Assembly (NCBI GenBank): GCA_965153455.1
Contig: OZ234494.1
Span: 8,804,001 to 8,868,000, forward strand
DNA length: 64,000 nucleotides
Source of the DNA: Sphagnum compactum
Taxonomy: Eukaryota
Direction of reading: 5' to 3'
Below the pieces are notes generated by a model that saw only the letters and a list, made by a program, of their open reading frames with translations, was not told where the DNA came from and ran no database searches. Made by a program: the position numbers and the translations under genes. The number at the start of each line of letters is the position of its first letter. The stretch's first letter is position 1. Positions 11,889 through 25,957 of the stretch are shown here, piece after piece.

Positions 11889-14454
11889 ACAAGGGGCTGA
11901 CACTCCACTGACCTCCATCGCAACTGTGCAAAAAAGTCCTATCATTCACCCTCATTACCCACATAAAAGATTCTGGGGTTGTGACTAACCTAGGGTGGAT
12001 GGAAAGAAAGTCCTAATATGGACCCTACTTAAAAGAGTTTAGAGTAGGATAGTACCTGAGGAGTGGGGCATTCTGTAAACAAGTGCCTGCCTGAGGGAGA
12101 GTAAAGGTCGGTTTATTTTGGGAATGCCATGCTCCAAGGGCATTAACTAACATTAAGCACCAGCAGAAAATAAGATCTTTATTTTCTCGATATCTCTACT
12201 TCAATGAATTTTGATTTACACTACAAAATTTCTTAGAGTGCTCAATGGCCAATGAAGCACTATTTAGTGACTCCTCACCTTATATTAGGGCCTCCATTTG
12301 GACCCTAATACAAGTGACAAACTTTGAAAGGGAAACTTTCTCATGGTGCCAATTGAGCAGTAAGTAAAGAGCTCTTCATCTCTTAGCCCTAGGAAAACCC
12401 CCTTTTGTTGGTCACTTTTAGAGGTAGTGTAGTTCAATGTAAACTTGCCTAGTGTTGTTTCAATGAAAGACTAAACCAAGGAAGGAGTGCAATAGTGAAA
12501 TGAAGGAACAATGGTCCAATTTTAGAATTATGCAATGGGCAATCTAGTTACTTTGCAACATATGTAACTTGTGCAACTCTCACTATTAGAATTCATGGTT
12601 TTTCAAATGGTCCAAATTCATTGATTGATTTTTTTATCAATAAATACATAATTTGATTATAGAGGTCCAAGGCTTGAATGACATGTGTATTTTTTTATTA
12701 ATTAATTTAACTATAATTACTTATTTGACCATTGGCAGATTAAACATTTAGTCAAGTTGAAAAAAATAATGACATCCTTGGTCAAGATGGTCAATGATAT
12801 TCTAATCAAATGGGACTCTTATGTTACCTAACAAGCTAGATTAACTACCTAGGTAGCATATACCTACCTACCTACCTACCTTCTCACTTACCAACTTCCT
12901 TTAATTATTACCTATCATCATACAACCTACTTAGGTCTACCTACCTACTTATAATTAGTTGACCTTTCTATTTATCTACATAAAGTTAGTGTACAAGATG
13001 TGAAATTAAAAACTTGACAAAAAATGTCATCATATGAAGGTGTGCTCCATTGGTAAGGATTTGTTTTATCATTGTAAAAGTGAGGGACCCAATTCTTAAT
13101 ATGTGGAACCTCTATACATGACTAGAGGGCTAAGGTAGGTAGGCTAAGCTAAGCTAAGCTACCACCTACCTACTTGTTTTTTATGTTTTACCTAAACTTA
13201 TTTGCTACCAACCTACCACAATTTAATATTATTTTTAAAATAATCTAAAAAATAAAGGATTTTATTTAGGTTAAATTTTGATAGTCAAAATGACTAGTCA
13301 AATTTTTTTTTACTTTACCAATCAAAAAGACCACCTTGGTCACACATGATGTGTAAAAATCAACTTGTCCAAAATGATTAAATGGTCCTTGTGACAATTA
13401 CCCATATTGGGGTTTTTTTAATCAAAAACTTCAATCAATTAAACCAAGAATTTCATTAATGCCTACCCCAAGGTTTGTTGACAAGGTGGGCTAATGTGGT
13501 GACCTCCACTAGGGTTTGATCGAATAAAATAAGTGACATCTAAGATGAATTGGATAATGAATTGGAACCACAATCACATGCATCATGTTATATACAAGTT
13601 TCAACATCCCAACAACTTGGGCTATCACTTAGATGTTTCAATACTATCAATGGGGGAGAGGGATACCAAACTAGTGTTGTGAATGTATATGTAAATGGCA
13701 TGCAAATAACCATACATGCCCAAGTTCTTTAAACTTACATTACCATAATGTACATGTTTTCAATTACACTTACATGGCAATAATGTAATGTAGTTTGAAA
13801 TACATGTACATGATCATGTGTATCTAGGCCATGTAGATGAAACTATGGAAATTGGTAGTTGTATGTGCTTATAGTCCTATTACCATACCATCAAGCTCAA
13901 CATGGCATTCTTGCATTGATGTTGTTGCAAATTCGAACAATGACATGTTTCAAATGAGAATTTCACCCCCAAGTTGTAAGTTGTGTTCCCTTTTTGTTGT
14001 GGTTGTTTTGTAAAGTCCCTTTTCATTGTGGTGTTGCATATATAATAGGTTGGTGCAAATTCCCCCATGTTACTCCTTTTTTGTTTAGTTTTTTTTAACG
14101 TGATGTGGCATCATGATATCTTCCACCTATGGTGTTGCTACAAGCTTTGAAAGAACTTTAAAGATGAACTTTAATCCCCTTTGTCATTTTGTATTCCCAT
14201 TTCTTGTGGTTGTTTTGTAAAGTCCGTTTCATTGTGGTCTTGCATATATCACATTGTTGTGAATTCCTCCCATGTTGATCCCCTTTGTTTATGTTAAGGT
14301 CAACTAGATTTTTTTAATAATATTTTTTGCTTTCTTGGCAAGTTTGCACATCTTTTGCTTGTTTGCATTAGAACGTTCTTTTTTCTTTTTCTTCAACTAG
14401 ATTCATCATTGTTAGTTTGCACAGCTTAAACATAAAAACAACATTAACAATGCC

Positions 14455-14683
14455 AAAGGGAACTACTATTTACAAAACCCTAATATTTGCCCTAAATCTC
14501 TCCCATTTTAGTCACATTTACAAAGCTTTCTTTGGAAATATTTTGTGCTATTAATGAGTGTATAGTGATTCTAAAAAATGACATTTTTTACCAAAAAAAA
14601 TATTTACCAAAACATGTGTGACACAAACAAGAATGTGACTAAAATGGGCATGATTATAAAGGGGGTTTATTATAGTTCCCTTT
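14455..14683. mobile_element. Small MITE-like inverted-repeat element
   Basis: Outer IR AAAGGGAACTA / TAGTTCCCTTT. Perfect inner 17-bp IR CCCATTTTAGTCACATT (14502-14518) / AATGTGACTAAAATGGG (14632-14648). Confidence 0.6.
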
Positions 14684-16999
14684 CTTTATGGTCTTGCATA
14701 GAAGGTTGTTATAAACTCCCCCTCCTTATTGTTCCACTTTTGTGGACAAATGACTAATTAGAAAATTCCATGGATGCAATGGAAATAATGGTCATGTCCA
14801 TGAGGAAGGCTAATATAATAATCATATTTTAAACTTGCAAAAATTGAAAAATATGAACAATCATATTTTAACATGTAGAAATTGACTTCAATTCCACAAT
14901 AATATTATTATTACATGAATTGAATTTTTTGCTCAAATTTTCTCCTTTTAGATAATAAATTTATTTTGAATTTTGCAAGCAAATTTTTTTCTCTACTATT
15001 CTTTCATATATCTAGTGTATTGTGGTAAACTAAAGAGTGATGATTTTGATATATTCATTTTGCTAATTCTACATTGTGCAATTATATTTGTTGTTTTTCT
15101 TTAATGATCATTTGGATGGATGTTTGCACATTTTTTTGTTGTCATTTTTTACACAATATAACATTTTCCATTGTATATAGAGGTCAAAAATTGAATGTGT
15201 AGAATCAATCTTGGGGTTCCTTCTTTCTAGTCATAAACTAATGAAACATGTTGGGGGATGGATAACAAGGGATTGACCTAGATTGTTTTTACAACTTGCA
15301 TGTGCCTTTGGAAAGTGGTACCCCAAGGTCAAAGCCCTTCTTTCCTCAACCTAATCAAACAAGATTGAATGCAAAAGGTACTACTTCTTTCTCATGGATT
15401 GTTTATTTGATATTATTAACAACCTTGCATTTTGTGGATTACCACATTTATTGTACCAATTTGTGGTACAAGGTTTGTTGATCTATGTATATTGTTCATA
15501 TGTATCTACTTTCAAGCCAAGCCAATTCTATATGCCTTGATGGAGCATGTATAAAAAATGGTTGCAATTTTATTTTTTTAATTAAGCCAATTGGACCTTA
15601 TTGATCATTTCAAAACTACGATTTTTTTTTTACATGAACAAATCATTTGGTGTGTTGATGACCTAAATGTGTATATTGTGATAATCCAAAATTGGCATTT
15701 GAATCTTATCTTTCTACCAAGTTATCAAGCCAATCAATGGGCCCATGTTTTCATTTTCAATCCCAAAACTAGATAATTTTTTTCAAAGGTACACTTTAGC
15801 ATATGGGCCAATGTAACTACAACATTGATCTTGAACGTTTTTGAATTAATACATGACATATTCATGGATATGGCAACTAAAATCTAGTGTTGCCATGTTA
15901 TTAATCTATGGAATTTATATTACTTTTTAAATTTATGGTAATCGATGATCATGTGTTAATTGCCATCTATGCAAGTCATCCACATAAATGTGTGTCACAA
16001 CAAAATAACGACCTTGGGCTAGTTGGTAAAATGGAACACAACTCAAGATCATATAGTAGCACTTGTGAGATCAAGTGTAGTCACAATCCAACGAGCCAAA
16101 AAGGGCGTCAAATTGCAAAGAAAAGTGATCAAAATCAAGGATAATTTTTTTTTTTTCCATTTAAAACCATGGCAATCATGGCAAGTTGTTGTTTTTTTAT
16201 TCATATGAATGTTAAGGAATTTAAAAAAAATGTATTTAATGAAGTTTTAAGTTTAAATTTTGATTTAGGACCTTTGAAAGTGAACACCTATGGCATTAAA
16301 TAGGAGTCCATTTTGCAAAGGACTATCAAAAGGACTCATATAATAAAGACACATTTGATGGGGAAAAAAAGAGAGGATAAAGACCTATTAGCCACATTGA
16401 AACACTCATAGCTTAAAATATGTGGAATTTTAAAACTTTAAAACTTCAAAGAACTTTCCAAAATTTTAGAACTTTGAAAGTCTTTTACCACATATAAATG
16501 AGGTATAATCTACATGATGTGTTGTAGGTTATAGCTTGTAGCTTATTATAAAAGAAAACATAAAAATGTAAAAAATGAATTTTTGGTTATGATTTGAAAT
16601 TGCTATCATTTTTATAAACAATACATTGAATTTACAAGGAATCGAGACATTTTCAATTTTTCATATTTATTCAAAAATGATTTTTAAAAAAATTCATGTA
16701 CTAAGACAACTATAAGAATTTATTATAACAAATTACCGAAAAAATTGTTCCAAAATTCATTCATACGAAAAAATCATTGTATTTTGTTTGCACCCGATCT
16801 TTTTTCATTGAAGAAAAACCACAGAAAATTATTGTGACAAGGGTATGCATTTGACTCACTAAAAGTTCCCTTGCTAGATTTTCCCCAATATCATCATCAA
16901 AGGTGTGAGTTATAATTGCCTTTCAAAGCAAGTTGATATTGGGAAGTTTGGAGACTTTGATCCTAAAGGAAACAAAGACACATGGGGTCCTATTCAATA

Positions 17000-19900
17000 T
17001 CCACAATGATTGGTGGAATAATAAAAACCATTTCATCACAAGTTGCATTTTCCCAATTGATTTTCATCCTCCATGCCCTCCATGTAAAAAATGAGAAAGC
17101 CTAGATGTTCTTAAAGCTTCATAAAAGTATCATCCCAAAGTGTCACATAAGGCCAATCCTTTTTGATGGCCTATAGATGAAGGTGGAAGTTGCAATGGGG
17201 GATTTGAGGTTGTTAAACTATGTTAAAAACAATGTAAAGATATTGAGATTGACATGATTCAAAAGATGAGGCACCATTCTAGGGGTTGGGATTACTCCTA
17301 CGTCTAGTTCAACATTAGTAGATTGTAGGGAAATTCTAAGGCTTGCAAAATATCACCACTGTAACTCAAAATAGTGTTGGACAAACAAAGTGTCATGATC
17401 TCTATCATTTGACACATAGTAGTGATACTCCTTTATGATTTTCTTGCTATCAAGATTTGCTGCATAATTTGGATTGTGATGGTAGGTAATGTGAACAAAT
17501 ATAATGATTTGGAAATAGAATCAGTGCATTTCTTGGATTTCATTCGGACATTGAAAAGAATAGTTCTTTGTGAACTCAATCATAGAAAGGACCACATCCT
17601 TGGGAAAGGTAAAAAGGCACTTTTTGAACTTCTTATCTTGCCACCTAGATACAAAGTTGTGAATCAAAAAGATCTTCAATTTGGACTTTAGGTAGGGAAT
17701 GAAATCACAAGATTGAATTCGGAATGGTTCAAGTGTAATGACCTTTTTCTCTTCCCTCATTTGTGTAAGTTTAGTTGCAACTAACTGGAAGCACTACCGA
17801 TCTATGAGATGGCCATTGCTAATAACTTCTTAAGGGCACAACTTCAAGTTCTAAACCCCACAATCTGGGCAATCACCATACAAACAACCAAGGTTATGCC
17901 ACTCCTATAATGGACATAGAACAGATTCCCAAAGACATGTGACACCATCAAACGTATTCAAATGAGCTTCACATTCACTTCCAGGACCACAGTTATCACA
18001 TGTATAGACACAAGACACATGGACACCCTTCCCTTTCATGCACATGTTATTGAATCCTTTGCGGAGCTCTTCCATTTCTGTGTGATATTTACACAACATG
18101 TGTTCCATTTTTTGAATTATGAACAAACCATGGCTTCAAACGCTCAATTGTTGTGAGCCTTATTGTGATTGAAGGATGTTGCTTGACAAATCTGATGTAA
18201 AATTCAAGTTGCATCATTGAATGTTTCATTAGTTCTTTTCTAAATTATTATGTAAACAAATGCATTGCCCAAGGAATAAAATAAAATATCCAATATTATG
18301 AAGTCTGACATATAAGGATCATTAATAATCTAGAAATATTAACAAATCAAGGACGTTTCAAGTATTTTTCCAAACCTAAGACACAAGTCCTTGAAGGGGG
18401 ATATAATAAAAATTTATGATCCTTTTTCTGCTATTTACCAAAACCATTATCATTTGAAGAATCTATAATAGGATTGTGCACATCATCTTCCTTCTACTAA
18501 GACAATAACACCCGAAAACGACAACGCAATAAGAATAGTGATACAAAAAGGAGGCACGTCATGGGATAAAGATGAGCCCTACAATCCTGGAACTTTCAAT
18601 CACTTCTAAATGAAAATATGGTGCTTAAACTGGAAAATATAAGTTCAATAATTCAAATGTTAACTCACCTTCACAAAACTAAGCACAACATTCCCATCAA
18701 GTTACAAATGTAGGGGATGGTTGTTTACGTGTCTTGAAAGACAATGCAAAATAGGATTATGATGGCAAATACGGTGAAAAGTGGTTTGAATCCCACATCT
18801 ACATCCTAGTTCTAATGATGCATCAAATCTAGTGAGAAAAGATCACTTGTAAAAACAACACATTCAAGTTAATTTTTTTGCAAAACAAAGCAACTCAAAC
18901 CTTGCAGTTGCTTCATTTAAAAACTTTTAAAAAAATAGTTACAAAGTTTTAACAACTCACAAGAATGTCCAAAAGTTAATATGTTCAAGAAATTTGACAC
19001 ACAAAGTTTACAATAGTCACTAAACTTGACATGTATGAGTTCAAGTTCTTTTGGAGAAACTTTCAAAACTAAGAAAACCCTAACCAAAATGCATGTGCAG
19101 CCTTAGGTTTGATTTGCATGATCACTTCAAGTAGACAAGGACCCTTCCTTTCACAGAATCTGATAATAAGCACTCAAAAAAACTGAGTTACCACATAGGA
19201 TGTGCTTTTCACATCATGTGCTTATTCACAACCTAAAGCCAAATTCATGTGATGACTATCAAGAAGTTAAATTAAAAATCATCCCATTCTATAGCTCGTT
19301 TAAGCACAAAAGATGACAACAAATTCGAGAAAGAAAAGACCAAAGCTACTTAAGATTCCTGGAGGTAATTTCGGGGGTGTGTGATGTATTTCTTCACCCC
19401 TTTATGTAGATGTATTACATCTTTTTTGTTCGGTGAAATGGTTGTCTCCAAAGTCCACCAACCTTGCACCAGTTCTCTCACACTAACACTAAGTGAATCT
19501 AATCATGGAAATCGCTCCTCAGTGCCCCACAAAGGCATGTTCAAGCTCAAAAGTCTACTTCTCTTCTTCATTGCCTTGTACATGAATCGCCTGTCAACAC
19601 CCAACATTTTTGTGGCCGTCCTTTTGCTTTTGATGTTTTTAGAAACCGCCATTTTGCAAACCATTTGTCGTGCTCTCACCCCATCTCTCTTCAAGGCCCC
19701 AACCCTGTGATTCAAACTGTTAGAGAGGTTTTCAATGATGCGGGTCCCTTTAATTGCTTGCGTCGGACACACCAATTTGTTAGGCATCAAAGCTTGAATC
19801 TCTGGAGTTTTCATAAACTTTGACCAAACTTTTCTTCTCCATTTCATGTCCAAAGGCTCATCTCATGCATAACTTGAGCCACAAGTTTCTTAGTAGAATA

Positions 19901-20160
19901 GGACATTTTACGCTCTACCTAGTTTGCACCATTTTCAAAAGTAGAAGCATTGGCAACTGAAAATTGCCAATGCTTGGGCTTCTTGCTTTGCTTGACCTTT
20001 TCGCTTTGCTCAAAGAGTTTTGCAACATTGTTGCTGAACCCTCCATCACTTTTGGAGCCGTTTCGTCTTTTCGTCATTGTTAGCCCTATTGTCACGTGGT
20101 GGCATTCCTTGCATGAGGTGTCCTGAGCACCACAACTAGATGCCATTGTACACAAGGAGA
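17000..20160 (-). pseudogene. Decayed Cys-rich transposase-like gene of an unclassified family
   Basis: Collinear minus-strand fragments: KMLGVDRRFMYKAMKKR, ETTISPNKKDVI, CKYHTEMEELRKGFNNM...CDNC...CEAH...LWESVLCP, YLKSKLKIFLIHNFVSRWQDKKFK...IEFTKNYSFQCPNEIQEMH, DHDTLFVQH. They resemble bryophyte TE-like proteins with DFSENY/HDTLFVQH motifs (from recall). Confidence 0.6.
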
Positions 20161-21244
20161 GGAGCTGTCAAGTGTCTCTGTCGTGCAACAATACAGTGAC
20201 AATACTGGGCATCATGATGTTCAAAAAGAATCAAAGGATCGATGATGGAGGACGACTGCGAGAAAAGAACAAATTTGAGAAACCCGCTCATTTCCTACTG
20301 ATCAAGTGCATTAACTGAGCTGTCGATCCTAATTTTGCATTAAATACTCTCTACGTGTCTCTATGGATCATGAACCCAGTAACTGTTTTTGGGTTTTAAA
20401 ATTGAGCTGAAAAGGTACCACCTAAATAACTTCGGCCACATGTTCTTTGGATCACCTTCCCTAAACTGATCAGTCCGTTAAGGACAAGGACATGAAAAGG
20501 GTGACCTTGTGACCAAAATTTGGTACTCCTTAAAGAGTTTTCACCCTTGGTAGATTCTCCACTACTAGCTTAGTTTCTCATGACCCCGTACACTATAGTT
20601 CACTTGTAGAGTCCAAATTATAGAGCAGTCCCCATGATGCATTTAGTCACTATAAGTGAGATTTGGAAGGTCATTATTTCATAAATATGTGCATGGTGCA
20701 CGATATGACCCCGCATGGATGTGCTATCATACATTTGGTGGTTTACTTCTAATTTATGGTCGGTGTTACAAAACAAATGAGGTTTGTCCCATTGAGAAAA
20801 ATTGACAACTCATCCCAGTTTTTGTAGATCTGATATTCATCCTAGGTGCATGATCATATGAGTTAAATTTCCTCATGCATATTGCTATGATTTTGGTAGT
20901 GGTTTTAGAAGGGTTTTCCTAATTATTGTGGGTATGTTTTTATGCTGTTGTATCGTGTTCAGACAACATCATTCCAATGTGCCTATTTGCAATATCACTC
21001 CATGTGAGTAATCTGCCTGCCTTGACCTTCTCAATCACATGCATAGCTGTATATACTAGAGTATTGCTGCCCTTTCTCTTCCTTGTCACGCCTATGGACT
21101 TAAGTTATAAGTTATTGATGCATTGTGTAATTCCAATGTTACCAAAACATGGAGTATGACATATTTGAAAAATGTTAGAAATATGGAAAATACAACTTGT
21201 TTTTTAAGGCATTGTGAGAAAAACACTGGAGGTATGAGATAGGT

Positions 21245-21308
21245 ATGTGATGTGTCAATCCCTGGATACTGGTGTCACATGGTGTATCTGGGGATTGACA
21301 CATCACAT
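21245..21308. other. Near-perfect 25-bp hairpin (foldback; MITE or small-RNA precursor candidate)
   Basis: ATGTGATGTGTCAATCCCTGGATAC (21245-21269) pairs with GTATCTGGGGATTGACACATCACAT (21284-21308). The only two non-Watson-Crick pairs are G:U on the + strand. The loop is 14 nt. Confidence 0.85.
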
Positions 21309-21789
21309 TTTATAACCTAGTACCTGCGAGATCAATGCTGAAAATAACTTAGACTGTGACACCATTCGAACTTGACAAGCATGCATGTAACACAAACTAG
21401 TGCAAGCAACAATGAAATGGCTGATAAATTGCAATCTAGCAATAATTCATTGAAAGTTGGACAATTTCCTTACAATAGAGAGGCTAAGCTGTCCACTGAG
21501 CTTATAGAGTTGTGTAGAGATACTGAGACTAATTAGTGTTCTAGATCCTGCAGTATGAAAGAACCAAAGAGACATGTAACGTATGCGTGGCTGGAAGAAG
21601 CCAAAGAGACATGCAAGTATGAGTGCCGGACAATCAATCTTTCAGCCCATAGATGTTGCTAGCTTGGCTATAATTGCTCTGCTATGTACTAAATCTGGAA
21701 TCATTGGTGAACTGAACTTCTAAACGATATTCAATAGTACCTAGTTATTGGAGGCTAATGTAAGGTTTTTAAGGCTTAGGGTTAAAAAA

Positions 21790-22400
21790 GAAACATACGC
21801 CATTGGATGACTGGGTTTTCAACTAAGGCATCCCCATGGATGTGCTTTGCTCCTTTATTGTCTTGCTTCTTATGATGTGTGTCATGATTTGTGAATGGGA
21901 AATTGTAAAATGGTGGTGCCAGTTAATGTTGCAGAATACTTAATAAAGATCTGGTATTTATAACTATATACTTGATGAATGCTCCAAAGATATTTCAGGT
22001 ACTACAGTTCCCTTACAAGTTGTAACCTTTTCTGAACTTGGTCTACAATATCACAGGTGACCTGGTTTTGATATTCTGCTGATCACTTAATTATCACACA
22101 AACTTCATCACATATAAGAGTTGTGGTGAAGAATTAATTAACTATTTTTTTGAAGTACATGAAGGTTTGTCCAGACTCCAGGCCTTGGAATAAGCAGTTT
22201 ATTTCTATATGTTGGAGCTTCCTTAAGGAAACCCAATACAAATGGAATGATCGCTTTCAATCCCATAACACATGTATGGAGAACTATTGTCCTTAAGAAA
22301 ATCTATACGAAAGTGTGGTAGATGGTTGTTGATGTTTTGGACTTGCTACAAACCATTGCAAGTGTCTAGGAGTGGTGGATTTATCTCTACTCATCTGAAT
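21790..22400 (-). repeat. Old repeat, copy 1 (possible LINE remnant); copy 2 at ~24170-24750
   Basis: Blocks shared with 24170-24750, e.g. GGGAAATT..AAAATGGTGGTG, TAACTATATACTTGAT, CATGAAGGTTT, GCAGTTTATTTCTAT, GTGTGGTAGATGG. The minus strand reads KLLIPRPG, weakly like the LINE RT LIPKPG motif. Confidence 0.55.
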
Positions 22401-22953
22401 CTAGTAAGTTTGATGCACTTTGGATATGGACATCTCAAAGTTGAGGTGTTGCACAATGTGATGGAGTCTTTTGTTGAGTTGTACCTTTTCATAATTGGGT
22501 TTCCGTTGGAGTGCCTTCTTCATCCACTTCCAGCTGTTGGGCAACAACTGGAGTTGCATTCCAGTAGATAAAGTACAAAAGAAGTTGTGCCATGCCAGAC
22601 AAGGCTCCAAGTTCATTTGGGATCTGAAGGCACTCCAAAATGATTCTACTGTATTTGAAGGGCACATTATATGTATGAATTTCCCTCCTACAATTAATGA
22701 GGAGGGATCTTACACCATCCACAATAACTAATAAGGGGGCGGGTTATTTCACTCCTTAAAAGTCCCTGCAGTAGGCTGGGCTCATATGACAGGCCCACTT
22801 TGCTTATTATGTACCAGAGAAAGTGTCCCCTGGGGTGCAATCTGCACACTGGGGGACTCCTTCCCTGGAGTGCCTTTATGCACTAGAGAAAACTCCCCCT
22901 AGGGCACATTCTGCAAGTTGGGAGAAGCTTTCCATGATGTGTAGATTCTTTTA

Positions 22954-23086
22954 GGGCAGATTCTATTTAAAATAGCACTTTCGTTTTCTCAAAAGTGGCA
23001 CATCCCTCAACATTGGCACTTCCTTCCTTGGAGAAGGTTGAATTCTGCAATCTAAGATGCCAGCTGTAATGTGACAGAATCTGCCC
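22954..23086. mobile_element. Tourist/PIF-Harbinger-like MITE
   Basis: Perfect 11-bp TIR GGGCAGATTCT / AGAATCTGCCC with TTA / TCA flanks. Confidence 0.65.
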
Positions 23087-23718
23087 TCAAAATCATTTCC
23101 ATGGAATTTTACAAGGACAGTCTTAAATTATGAGGTCTTCAAAGACATATAGTGATTTTACCGTAGAAAAGATAGACCTAAGGAGATTTGTTATGTGGTG
23201 AGATTGGGACCTCTTTCTCCACTAGAGCACATCCTTTCGCCCAGATTTGTGCAAATCACAAAATTGAGATCATTGGGCTGAGCTACTTTCTTGTTTAGAA
23301 ACTTAATCAACTTGTCTCCATCTCCTCTGCCATGTTTCTACTCAATGTTTCTGTGTGGTGCTCAATGGAGAAGCTGCTTTTGCAAAAACTTATCTGTTTG
23401 CAATGTGGTTCATAATTGTACATGTATGTATACTTCATGTGTCAAAAAGGATTAGTCTGAGAGTGACCAGGATAAGCATGGAATTAGTTTGGACATGGCA
23501 ATTGAAACTGTCCATTTCACCATGTCATTAGTTCCAGATTTCTCATTTGTTAATTGCATAGCAACTACACAACACCAAAGGCAAACAGTCCTTTTCAATG
23601 TATGCATATCTCAACAAAGGCAAGTACTCTTTGTTACATCAACTAGAACCCTATAGATGGACCCACTACCCACCAACCAGCATTAATATTATGCTATAAA
23701 CAAAAATTCAAACATTCC

Positions 23719-23870
23719 ACTAAATGAACCAGAATGGAAAAAAAGGTCATATAATAAAAAGTTCGACTATGTGAATCAGAATGTTAAAAGAAAAAAGCCA
23801 TATAATTAAACTAAATGAATCAGAATATTAAAAAAAAGGTCATGTAACTGCACTAAATGAATCAGCATGT
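23719..23870. repeat. ~43-bp tandem repeat, about 3.5 copies
   Basis: ACTAAATGAATCAGAAT..AAAAAAAGGTCATATAAT repeated. Confidence 0.7.
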
Positions 23871-24169
23871 AATTAGAACATGCACTATGTAGCAATAAAA
23901 TAACAGTAACAGAAAATGACATAACTAGGTAGCTTAAGCTATTTCTTTTAGCACTTTCTCTTTACAAGCTGCTGTTGATGGTGATTTTGACTTACATTAC
24001 AATACCAACCTTAGATCAAGGTTTCTAGACCTCAGCATGAATGAATATAAAAGCTTGCAACTCAAAGCAAGAGAAACCCATTAAACAGATTTGTAGTACA
24101 CACTATGTTCTGCTACTTGTAGCTTTCTTGTTCAGAGGACTGCCTCTTTGGAGATAGAACTGTACAATA

Positions 24170-24750
24170 TGCCATAGATGTCACTAGATGGTTGGGTGTT
24201 CAACCCAGGCATCCCCCTGATGTGTCTGCATTCCTCAATTGTCTTGCTTCTTATATGGGGTGTGTCATAATTTGCCTGATGGGAAATTACAAAATGGTGG
24301 TGACAAACACTGTTGAAGGATGCTTGATAGAGATTGGTTAAATAACTATATACTTGATTGATTCTCCAAAGAAATTTCAGGTGCAATTTCCTAAAAGTTC
24401 CCATGATTCCTGAGCTTGAGCTACAATGTCATGACCTGGTTTCAGTCAAGTGACTTATATCAAGGAGAATTCATCATACCTAACTCATAGTGAAGAATCA
24501 ATTCACTTTCTCTTTTAGGGACACATGAAGGTTTATCCATGGCTTGGAATAAGGAGCAGTTTATTTCTATTAGTTGGTGCTTCATAAGGAAACCCACTAC
24601 TTGTAATGGTATCACTTGATCTCATGTACCATGTCCAGAACAATTGTCCTTATAATCTGTACTAATGTGTGGTAGATGGCTTTTGATGCTTTGGATTTTC
24701 TAGGAACCCTAGTTGCAAGTTTCCAGCTGCAATGGTGGACTTAGGTAAAT
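24170..24750 (-). repeat. Old repeat, copy 2 (see 21790-22400)
   Basis: Collinear diverged similarity to 21790-22400. Confidence 0.55.
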
Positions 24751-25416
24751 CTGGTAAGTTCAATTCAGATTGCAATTCTTTGCCATCCAAGCTGATGCAA
24801 GCCTTCTCAAAATGTAGCCCCGGATTTAGATTTTTCAACGTGATTCAAGCTGCACTACTATTATTGAGGGATATGGCTTTGATATTGAACCCATGCTTGA
24901 TATTGTGTCCAAGGCATGGTGATGAGGACATGTAGCATTGAGTTCATGCCATTCCTCTTATCTCTTTTCAACTTCAAAGAGATTGGTCTGGTTTGGTTAT
25001 GCCTTTGTTGGTCATATTGACATCTTCATTATGGTAAGTGTACCAACAACAACTGATCATCCCTATCCAAATTCTTTTATACCTCAAGCTTTAAACTTTG
25101 GAAGCATGATAAGAAAAGTTGTGCGATTTGATTTTGTTCACCTAAACCCTAACATCTCTTGCCAGTTTAATTACATGGAGAATTGAGGAGAGCCTGTACA
25201 ATTTGAACTTACAAGTCACTTTAACGAACTTAGCTTTTGTTGGACCTGGAGCTCTCTGCCCTTGGTTTGAGGGTGTCATGCCGTACTGCCACAGCATTGC
25301 ACCCTATACCTAAGATCCCTCCTTTGCTCTTAAGGGAAAGGATACCAAGTGCATAATAAACGCCATTTTGGTTTGGGAGATCTCATTGTGGCAAACACAC
25401 AAAACAAACAAACTAT

Positions 25417-25741
25417 TAGTGTTGTGCCGTTATGTGAATTTTTAAAGAACCAGCAGTTCCAACTTTTGAAATATTTCAGAATCAGAGAACCACTGGTTCT
25501 ACTCTTTGCAAAAAACTGAGAATCAAGAAACTGCCAATCCTAGTTATTTCAAAAAACTTAAATAAGCTGTGGTTTTCATGAGAACTGGTAGTTTCATGGC
25601 CAATTTTTTTCAATTTTTGTGAGAATCATGGTTATGTGTCATAAACAAGTCTTTGTTTTTAGAATCATGGTTATGAAGGCTAAAAAGTGCCCTGAGAACC
25701 TCTGGGGTTTTTCGCCTATTTCTAATAACCGCCCAGAAGTG
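25417..25741. mobile_element. hAT-type MITE (CAGTGTT-TIR family)
   Basis: Degenerate TIRs TAGTGTTGTGCCGTTAT / ATAACCGCCCAGAAGTG. TSD CAAACTAT / CAAACTAC. Internal AGAACC/GGTTAT motifs. Confidence 0.7.
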
Positions 25742-25957
25742 CAAACTACCTTCCTCAATAGAAACGTAACTTTGGAATATCATCAGCAATGAACTTTTTA
25801 ATTTGATTTCAGAAATTTCTGAAAGTAATACCAATTTTGGCAAAAATGTCTTTACTTTTTATATTTCCCAGGTTTGATAGTGTCCATTGACACCTCTCCG
25901 GATGTTCCCCGTGAGGTCAGATGTTCAAAATGGCGACTTGACACCTCCAGAGATGAT

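Noticed and set aside
13748..13811. Imperfect AT-rich hairpin
   Set aside because: Built from low-complexity ATGTACAT motifs with several mismatches and indels.
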